A stretch of DNA of 64,000 nt, taken from the NCBI GenBank assembly GCA_964291625.2, contig OZ220089.1, forward strand, positions 3,328,001-3,392,000, written 5' to 3'. How positions within the stretch are numbered: position 1 is the first letter of the stretch; each line of letters starts with the position of its first letter. Source of the DNA: Candidatus Latescibacterota bacterium. Lineage in GTDB: Bacteria > Latescibacterota > UBA2968 > UBA8231. A program made the translations under genes and the position numbers. Under the pieces are notes generated by a model. The model saw only the letters and a program-made list of their open reading frames with translations. It did not search any database and was not told the origin of the DNA. This document shows positions 57,087 through 64,000 of this stretch, in pieces.

Positions 57087-58439
57087 ATGTCAGTCCTGCC
57101 CTGTCTCGCCGCGCTGGCCGGATGCGGGGACTCCGGCCCCACGGGCCCCGGCTCCCGTCCCGCTGCGATGGAGGTGGTCTCAGGCGCCGCCCAGCGGGCG
57201 GTGCCGGGATTCCCCCTGGCCGAGCCCGTCGTCGTCGAGGTGGTCGACGCCCAGGGCCGGCCCGTCCCCGGCGTGACCGTCGCCTTCGCGCCCGCCGCCG
57301 GCCACGGAAGCGCCGACCCGGCCTCGGCCGCCACGGGGCGGGACGGCCGGGCCGCCTCCACCTGGACCCTCGGCGCCGGCATCGGCGCGCAGAGCCTTCA
57401 GGTCTCGGCGGCGGACACCGTCCTCTCGGTGGCCGCCGAAGCCGTCGATCTCGACGGCGAGCTGGACGCCCTCTTCGCGCCGGCTTCGCCCGCGGAGGTG
57501 GCCGCCGTCCGCTCCGACTGGGCCGGCCGGGACGTCTCGGCCAGCGCCGTGGCGGTGGAGCTCGTCGAGGCGTTCTCCCTGGCCGGCAGGGCGTGCACCC
57601 TGCGGGTCCTCTCCCACCGGGTGGCGGGGGTCCTGCACTACGGCGCCGTCATCGTGCCCGACGGGTCGGCCGCGGAGAGCCTGCCGCTTCTCCTCTACCT
57701 GCACGGCGGGGACAGCGGCGTCTCCCTTGACGAGCTCCAGATCGTCGGCTTCGCCCTCGGCCCGCTGGCGGACCGCTTCGTCTACGTGGTCGCCTCCTTC
57801 CGGGCGGAGCCCCTGCGCCACGGCGGCGAGAGCTGGACCTCCGAGGGCCCGGCGAGCCCGTGGGACCACGACGTGGACGACACCCTGGCGCTGGTCAACG
57901 CGGTCTTCGAGTCGACGCCGGAGGCCCGCCCCGGGGGGATGGCCGTCGTCGGCGGCAGCCGGGGGGCGGGGGTGGCCCTGCTGGCGGGGATCCGCGACGA
58001 GCGCATCGAGCGCATCATCGCCCTCTTCGGCCCCACGGACTTCTACGGCGACTGGGTCCGCCAGATCGCCCGCGACGCGGCCCTGGGGCAGCCCCGCGAC
58101 CTGCCGGGGGTTGCCCACCTCGACTCCACCGTCATCGCGCCCTACATCCGCGGGGAGATCCCCCTGCCGGAGGCGCGCCTGGAGATCGTCCGCCGCTCCG
58201 CCGTGCTCTTCGCCGACGACCTGCCGCCGGTGCAGCTCCATCACGGCACCGCCGACGACGTCGTCCCAGTGAGCCAGGCCGAGTCCCTCATGGGGACGAT
58301 GGACGCCCTGGGGCGGACGCCGCCCGGCTTCGAGGCCTTCATCTACCCCGGGGGCCGCCACGACCTTCTCTCCCTCGACGGGCTCATCCCCCGGGCGGCG
58401 GTGTTTCTCCGGGACTGGTTCGCGTCCCTGGGCGGATGA
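57087..58439 (+). CDS. lipoprotein: Ig-like (Big_1) domain + alpha/beta hydrolase (S9-like); start uncertain
   Basis: LAGC lipobox; [20 protein letters not shown], nucleophile [18 protein letters not shown]. Confidence 0.8.
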   Translation: MSVLPCLAALAGCGDSGPTGPGSRPAAMEVVSGAAQRAVPGFPLAEPVVVEVVDAQGRPVPGVTVAFAPAAGHGSADPASAATGRDGRAASTWTLGAGIGAQSLQVSAADTVLSVAAEAVDLDGELDALFAPASPAEVAAVRSDWAGRDVSASAVAVELVEAFSLAGRACTLRVLSHRVAGVLHYGAVIVPDGSAAESLPLLLYLHGGDSGVSLDELQIVGFALGPLADRFVYVVASFRAEPLRHGGESWTSEGPASPWDHDVDDTLALVNAVFESTPEARPGGMAVVGGSRGAGVALLAGIRDERIERIIALFGPTDFYGDWVRQIARDAALGQPRDLPGVAHLDSTVIAPYIRGEIPLPEARLEIVRRSAVLFADDLPPVQLHHGTADDVVPVSQAESLMGTMDALGRTPPGFEAFIYPGGRHDLLSLDGLIPRAAVFLRDWFASLGG

Positions 58440-58521
58440 TCGGGCGGAGGGCGCACCGGGTAGCCGGAGCCGGGCTCTCATTCCTTAGTATTGAAGGCAA
58501 CCAGAAAAAGGGGGAACGACG

Positions 58522-61125
58522 ATGAAACGGGCACTCGCGGTGGCGTTGATGGCGGCCCTTGCGCCTCCATCCGGGGCGGATCCCGCGGACCGGCCGGGCG
58601 AGAACATCGCCCTGGGGGCCAGCTACACGCTGGAGCCCGGGCCGAACTACGGGCTCTGCACCGAGCCCGGCGACTACGAGCAGCTGACGGACGGAGTGTA
58701 CACCGACGGCTACTTCTGGGCGCAGCTGTCGACGGTGGGGTGGCAGGAGAAGACGCCCTCGGTCTTCACCCTGGACCTGGGCGAGGTGAGGCCGATACGG
58801 GGGGTCTCCTTCAACACGGCGGCGGGGTTCGCGGACGTGAGATGGCCCCTGACGATCCGCATCCTCGTGGCGGGTGAGGACGAGCAGTTCCACGAGATCG
58901 GGGACCTGGTGGAGCTGAGCGCGCAGCAACACGGTCCGCTCGTGCCCAAGAGGGCGGGCCATGTCTTGCCGGTGAGCTTCAACGAGGCCGAGATACATCA
59001 TCACTACGACGCCAACCGGGACCGCTACCCGCAGAAGATGACCCCCGATCTGCGCGAGCGGATCCTCCGCGATCTCCACGAAGCCCTCGCCATCCAGTAC
59101 GGGACGTACCGGTACTGGACGGACCGGCTGCGGGCGCACGGCCGCTATGTCAGCCTCGTGGTGTGGAACGAGCCCTACACCTTCGTGGACGAGATCGAGG
59201 TCTACGCGGGAGAGCCGGAGTGGGTGAACGAGCCTCTTCCGGGTCCCGCCATCTCGGACGTGAAGGAGTACGCGGGTCGGCTCGCCATCCAGAAGGGGAT
59301 CCGCACGCGTCTTGCGCGGGACATCGAGTCCCTCAGGGAGGCGGCGGAAGAAGAGGGCGTCCCGCCGCAGACCCGGAGTGACGTGCTGGCCGAGCTGGCG
59401 GCCGTGGAAGGGGAGATGGGGCCGGCCACGGACTTCGGGGACGACTTCCAGGCCGTGCTGCCCCTGAATCCCTGGCATGCGAGGGTGCTTCGCACACAGG
59501 CGTGGCTGTGGCGCGCCAGGGGCCTGGAGCCGCTCGTGCTCTGGCGCCCGAACCTGTGGGATCCGGTGCCCCTCGTCGGCGTGCCGGACACGTCGGCCGA
59601 GCTGGCCGTCGAGGTCCACCTGATGCGCGGGGAGCACCGCGCGGCGGCGTTCAACGTGAGCAACAGCCGTGACGAACCGATGGAGGTGGCCTTCCGTCTG
59701 AGCGGCCTTCCCGGGGGGGACAATCCGGGGTACGTGACCGTTCACGAGGTGGTCTGGACCGACACCCGGAGAGGGGACCCGGTGGCTGCGGCCCTGCCCG
59801 AGGTCGCCGCGGGCGAGGACGGTCTGTACACGGTCTCCGTGCCCTCGGGCATGACCCGCCAGGTGTGGTTCACCTTCCATCCGGTGGACGTGGAGCCGGG
59901 CGCCCACGAGGGCGAGATCGTCGTGGAGTCCGTGCCCGGCGGCCAGCGGTTCCCGCTGCGCATGCACCTGTATCCCCTGGACTTCCCGGAGCAGCAGTCG
60001 CTGCACATGGGCGGATGGGACTACACGGACCGCATCGGCCACTTCCCTTTCATAACAGGCCAGAACCGGCTGGCGATCATCGAGCACCTGCGGGAACGCC
60101 GCGTCGACTCGCCCTGGGCCCTCAAGCTGGCCCTGCCGCGGGGCACTCACGATGCCCGGGGGAAGATGACTGCGCCGCCCTCCACCGACTACTTCGACGC
60201 CTGGATCGGCCTGTGGCCGGACGCGCCCCAGTACCTCGTCTTCGCGAAGGTGGGAAGGCACTTCGAGTCGTTGCCCATGGGCACGCCGGAGTTCGACACG
60301 GCGGTCAAGGCCTGGGTCACGTTCTGGGCGGAGCACATGAAGGCGAGTGGATTGCGGCCGGAACAGTTCGGGCTGCTCCTGGTGGATGAGCCGGACGAGC
60401 CCTGGCAGGACGAGCGCATCCTGGCGTGGGCCAGGCCCATCCGCGAGGCCGACACGGGAGTCCGCATCTGGGAGGATACGACCCACCGGGACATGGAACG
60501 GGCGAACCAGGAGATGATCGACGCGTGCCACGTCCTGTGCCCGAACTACGTCAGCTTCCTGACGCGGGGCCAGGAGTACCGCGACTACTACCTGAAGAAG
60601 CGGGACCAGGGGATCGGGCTGGAGTTCTACGCGGCGTGGACGAGCCGGATCTGGGATCCGTACGCGTGCCGGCTCACGGCGTGGACGAGCTGGCGCTTCG
60701 GGGCGTCGGCGTTCTACATGTGGTCGCTCACCGACACGGGCGGAGCGTCATCGTGGAACGAGTATCTCACCATCAAGGACGCGTACTCGCCGATCTTCAT
60801 CGACGAGGACTCGGTGACGGCCGGGAAACATCTCGAGGCGATGCGGGAAGGGGTGCAGGACTACGAGTACTTCGCCATGCTGGACCGGGCGATCCGGAAA
60901 GCGTCCGCCCGGGGGAGGGCGGGGCCCGAGGTGGAGAAGGCCCGGCTGCTGCTGGAGAGCCTGCCGGCGAGTGTCTGCGATGCCGCCGGCCACGGCGGGG
61001 CGGAGATCGCCTCCGACCAGCCCCTGGGCGGCTTCCACTGGTTCAACGAGACCGTCGACCGCACCCTGGCCGACAAGGCGCGGGTGCAGGTGTTGGCGGC
61101 CCTGACGGAGCTGGCCGGGGAGTAG
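58522..61125 (+). CDS. large secreted putative carbohydrate-active protein (discoidin-like N-terminus, DUF4091/GH123-like C-terminus)
   Basis: Signal peptide; ENIALG..Y, QLTDG, TLDLGE, FVDEIEV; LVDEP; LEAMREGVQDYEY. Confidence 0.65.
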   Translation: MKRALAVALMAALAPPSGADPADRPGENIALGASYTLEPGPNYGLCTEPGDYEQLTDGVYTDGYFWAQLSTVGWQEKTPSVFTLDLGEVRPIRGVSFNTAAGFADVRWPLTIRILVAGEDEQFHEIGDLVELSAQQHGPLVPKRAGHVLPVSFNEAEIHHHYDANRDRYPQKMTPDLRERILRDLHEALAIQYGTYRYWTDRLRAHGRYVSLVVWNEPYTFVDEIEVYAGEPEWVNEPLPGPAISDVKEYAGRLAIQKGIRTRLARDIESLREAAEEEGVPPQTRSDVLAELAAVEGEMGPATDFGDDFQAVLPLNPWHARVLRTQAWLWRARGLEPLVLWRPNLWDPVPLVGVPDTSAELAVEVHLMRGEHRAAAFNVSNSRDEPMEVAFRLSGLPGGDNPGYVTVHEVVWTDTRRGDPVAAALPEVAAGEDGLYTVSVPSGMTRQVWFTFHPVDVEPGAHEGEIVVESVPGGQRFPLRMHLYPLDFPEQQSLHMGGWDYTDRIGHFPFITGQNRLAIIEHLRERRVDSPWALKLALPRGTHDARGKMTAPPSTDYFDAWIGLWPDAPQYLVFAKVGRHFESLPMGTPEFDTAVKAWVTFWAEHMKASGLRPEQFGLLLVDEPDEPWQDERILAWARPIREADTGVRIWEDTTHRDMERANQEMIDACHVLCPNYVSFLTRGQEYRDYYLKKRDQGIGLEFYAAWTSRIWDPYACRLTAWTSWRFGASAFYMWSLTDTGGASSWNEYLTIKDAYSPIFIDEDSVTAGKHLEAMREGVQDYEYFAMLDRAIRKASARGRAGPEVEKARLLLESLPASVCDAAGHGGAEIASDQPLGGFHWFNETVDRTLADKARVQVLAALTELAGE

Positions 61126-61134
61126 AGGCGGCGA

Positions 61135-61839
61135 GTGAAGGTCGTGATCCTGGCGGGCGGTCTGGGCACCCGGCTCCGGGAGGAGACCGCGGTCAGGCCG
61201 AAGCCGATGGTCGAGATCGGCGGCCTGCCGATCCTCTGCCACATCATGAAGATCTACCAGGCCCACGGCTTCCGGGAGTTCGTCCTTGCCCTCGGCTACA
61301 AGGGGGAAGTCATCCAGGACTTCTGCAGCAGAGACCGCGGTGAGGAATGGATCGTCCACCCCGTCGACACCGGTCAGGATGTCGAGTCGGGAGGACGGAT
61401 CAGACGGCTCGCCGACTGGATCGGCGGGGAGACGTTCATGCTGACCTATGGCGACGGCGTCGGCGACGTCGACATTCCCCGGCTCGCCGCCTTCCACGCA
61501 TCTCACGACAGTCTCGCCACGGTGACCGCCGTCCACCCGCCGTCGCGTTTCGGACGCCTGGAGCTCGACGGCGATCTCGTGCGCGACTTCCGCGAGAAGT
61601 CGCAGCTCGATGCCGGGTGGATCAACGGCGGGTTCTTCGTCCTCGATCCCGGCGTCCTCGACTACATCTCCGGCGACCGGACCATCTTCGAGAGGGAGCC
61701 GATGACCCGGCTCGCGCAGGACGGACAGCTGCGGGCCTACAGGCACGAGGGCTTCTGGCAGTGCATGGACACCCTGCGGGACGTGGTGAGCCTGGAGGAG
61801 CAGTGGGCCGCCGGGAACGCGCCCTGGAAGATCTGGTGA
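61135..61839 (+). CDS. rfbF: glucose-1-phosphate cytidylyltransferase
   Basis: VILAGGLGTRLREET, PKPMVEIGG, FMLTYGDG, WINGGFF, GFWQCMDTLRD, APWKIW. Confidence 0.92.
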   Translation: MKVVILAGGLGTRLREETAVRPKPMVEIGGLPILCHIMKIYQAHGFREFVLALGYKGEVIQDFCSRDRGEEWIVHPVDTGQDVESGGRIRRLADWIGGETFMLTYGDGVGDVDIPRLAAFHASHDSLATVTAVHPPSRFGRLELDGDLVRDFREKSQLDAGWINGGFFVLDPGVLDYISGDRTIFEREPMTRLAQDGQLRAYRHEGFWQCMDTLRDVVSLEEQWAAGNAPWKIW

Positions 61840-62828
61840 CTTTCTGGCCGGGCCGCCGCGTCCTGGTCACGGGGGCCGCGGGCTTCATCGGCGGCCGGCT
61901 TGTCGAACGGTTGCTGAGGCTGGGCGCCGAGGTGACGGCACTGGACACGGCCGCCGATCCCCGGCCGCCGCTGGACGAGTCCGGCCTCTCCGATCGACTC
62001 CGGGTCGTCCGCGGCTCCGTGGAGGATCCCGGCGCCCTTGCCAGGACGATGACCGACCATGGAGCGCAGACGGTCCTCCACCTGGCCGCCCAGGCGATCG
62101 TCCCCATGGCCCGGACCGCCCCGGTGGCCACCTTCGAGACGAACATTCGGGGGACGTGGATTCTCCTGGATTCGTGCCGCCAGTGCGGTGACGCCGTCAG
62201 CGAGGTCGTCGTCGCCTCGAGCGACAAGGCCTACGGGCACAGCGACAGGCTGCCGTACACCGAGGAGATGCCCCTGGCCGGGCGGCAGCCCTACGAGGTC
62301 TCCAAGGCGTGCGCCGACCTGCTCGCGCGGTCCTATCACCATGCCTTCGGACTCCGGGTGGCCGTGGCCCGCTGCGGCAACGTGTACGGCGGCGGCGACC
62401 TCAACTGGAGCCGGCTGATTCCGGGCACGATCGCGGCCCTCGAACGGGGTGAGCGGCCGGTCGTCCGCAGCGACGGCAGCCACATCCGGGACTACATCTA
62501 CGTCGAGGACGTGGTCGGCGCCTACGTCAGACTCGCCGAGGCGCTCCACGACGGCTCCGCGGGCGGAGAGGCGTTCAACTTCAGCACCGAGTCGCAGTCC
62601 ACCGTGCTCGATGTCGTCGACAAGCTGCGGTCCCTGATGGGCCGCGAGCACCTGGAACCGGTGATTCGCGCCACGGCCGAAGGCGAGATCCCCGCCCAGC
62701 ATCTCTCCGCCGCGAAGGCGCGATCGGTGCTTGGATGGAGTCCCCGGTACGACCTGGACTCGGGGCTGCCGCCCACGGTCGAGTGGTACCGGGCCCACCT
62801 GCAGCGAGACTCCGTGAGATCCGCATGA
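61836..62828 (+). CDS. rfbG: CDP-glucose 4,6-dehydratase-like extended SDR
   Basis: [43 protein letters not shown]. Confidence 0.8.
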   Translation: MTFWPGRRVLVTGAAGFIGGRLVERLLRLGAEVTALDTAADPRPPLDESGLSDRLRVVRGSVEDPGALARTMTDHGAQTVLHLAAQAIVPMARTAPVATFETNIRGTWILLDSCRQCGDAVSEVVVASSDKAYGHSDRLPYTEEMPLAGRQPYEVSKACADLLARSYHHAFGLRVAVARCGNVYGGGDLNWSRLIPGTIAALERGERPVVRSDGSHIRDYIYVEDVVGAYVRLAEALHDGSAGGEAFNFSTESQSTVLDVVDKLRSLMGREHLEPVIRATAEGEIPAQHLSAAKARSVLGWSPRYDLDSGLPPTVEWYRAHLQRDSVRSA

Positions 62829-64000
62829 CCCGCGATCCCGACGACCTTCGCCGGCAGATCCTGGACCTCGTGCGGCAGTATCACGGGACCGCCTTTCCGT
62901 CGCGGCCCTTCGCGCCCGACTCGGGGTCCGTCCCGGTCTCCGGGCGCGTCTTCGACGCCGAGGAGCTCGTCAGCCTCACCGACGCGGCCCTCGACTTCTG
63001 GCTCACCTCGGGCCGCTACGCGGAGCAGTTCGAGCGGGAGTTCTCCCGCTTCTGGGGACTGCGGCACGCCAGCCTCTGCAACTCGGGGTCCTCGGCCAAC
63101 CTGCTGGCCCTCTCCTCCCTCACCTCCCCGAAGCTCGGCGGCCGGCGGCTGCGGACCGGCGACGAGGTGCTGACCGTCGCCGCGGGCTTCCCGACGACGG
63201 TGAACCCCATCTTCCAGACAGGTCTCGTCCCCGTCTTCGTCGACATCGACCTGGGGACCTACAACGTATCCGTGGAGCGGCTGGCCGAGGCCGTCGGCCC
63301 GAGGACCCGCGCCATCTTCCTCGCCCATACCCTCGGCAACCCCTTCGATCTCGACGCCGTCTGCGAGCTGGCCGCCCGGCACGACCTCGTCCTCATCGAG
63401 GACTGCTGCGATGCCGTGGGCTCCCGCTTCGGCGGCCGGCACGTGGGCACCTTCGGCAAGCTCGCAACCGTGAGCTTCTACCCCGCCCACCACCTGACCA
63501 TGGGCGAAGGCGGCTGCGTGCTCACCGCCTCCTCCGAGCTGCACCGGATCGTCGAGTCGTACCGCGACTGGGGCCGCGACTGCTGGTGCGACCCCGGCAT
63601 GCAGAACACCTGCGGCCGCCGCTTCGACTGGCAGCTCGGCGACCTGCCGGCGGGCTACGATCACAAGTACATCTACTCCCACGTGGGCTACAACCTCAAG
63701 CTCACGGACATGCAGGCCGCCGTGGGCGTGGCCCAGCTGCGGAAGCTGCCGGAGTTCATCGAGAGACGGAGGCAGACCTTCCAGCGGCTCCATGCAGAGC
63801 TGCAATCCCTGGAGGAGATCTTCATCCTGCCGTCGTGGCTGGACAAGGCGGAGCCGAGCTGGTTCGGCTTTCCTCTCACCCTTCGCGAGTCGGCACCGTT
63901 TGACCGCAAGACCCTCATCGACGACCTGACGGAGAGGGGCATCGGCACCCGGGCCCTCTTCGGCGGCAATCTGACGCGGCAGCCGGCCTACATGGGACTG
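62825..64000 (+). CDS. rfbH: CDP-6-deoxy-D-xylo-4-hexulose-3-dehydrase (RfbH/DdhC), runs off the 3' end
   Basis: [63 protein letters not shown]; absent from the ORF track because there is no stop in the window. Confidence 0.92.
   Translation, partial: MTRDPDDLRRQILDLVRQYHGTAFPSRPFAPDSGSVPVSGRVFDAEELVSLTDAALDFWLTSGRYAEQFEREFSRFWGLRHASLCNSGSSANLLALSSLTSPKLGGRRLRTGDEVLTVAAGFPTTVNPIFQTGLVPVFVDIDLGTYNVSVERLAEAVGPRTRAIFLAHTLGNPFDLDAVCELAARHDLVLIEDCCDAVGSRFGGRHVGTFGKLATVSFYPAHHLTMGEGGCVLTASSELHRIVESYRDWGRDCWCDPGMQNTCGRRFDWQLGDLPAGYDHKYIYSHVGYNLKLTDMQAAVGVAQLRKLPEFIERRRQTFQRLHAELQSLEEIFILPSWLDKAEPSWFGFPLTLRESAPFDRKTLIDDLTERGIGTRALFGGNLTRQPAYMGL

Overview
Very GC-rich bacterial chromosomal window from a diderm (BamD, CpoB, two TonB-dependent receptors, HldE-like adenylyltransferase). 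The expanded PhyH dioxygenases, Gfo/Idh/MocA oxidoreductases, TPR/ankyrin/HEAT proteins and a C-terminal 'TWGDVK' motif suggest an FCB-group lineage such as Latescibacterota, possibly host-associated; this is inference only. Contents: a type II fatty-acid/lipid cluster (fabH-fabA-fabZ-fabF-acp-plsC, with a convergent PPTase); a core block (zinc-ribbon protein, RNase P RNA, pyrF, tRNAs Pro/Arg/His, rfaE2, cpoB, bamD, nadD, thrC, tRNA-Arg); a long accessory mosaic; and the start of a CDP-dideoxysugar operon (rfbF-G-H). Top leads: (1) an ArsC with in-frame UGA at the catalytic Cys and a SECIS-like hairpin (probable selenoprotein, missed by the ORF track); (2) a PhyH-fold enzyme with HxG instead of HxD (halogenase-like); (3) an uncalled sigma-54 promoter / 38-aa ORF / terminator unit; (4) a lower-GC ABC-ATPase + DUF4276/TOPRIM-like candidate defence pair; (5) egtB bracketed by a duplicated gene start; (6) pyrF with its stop codon inside tRNA-Pro. 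Most long overlapping ORFs in the track are high-GC shadow frames. All family calls come from motif recognition by eye; no database searches were run.
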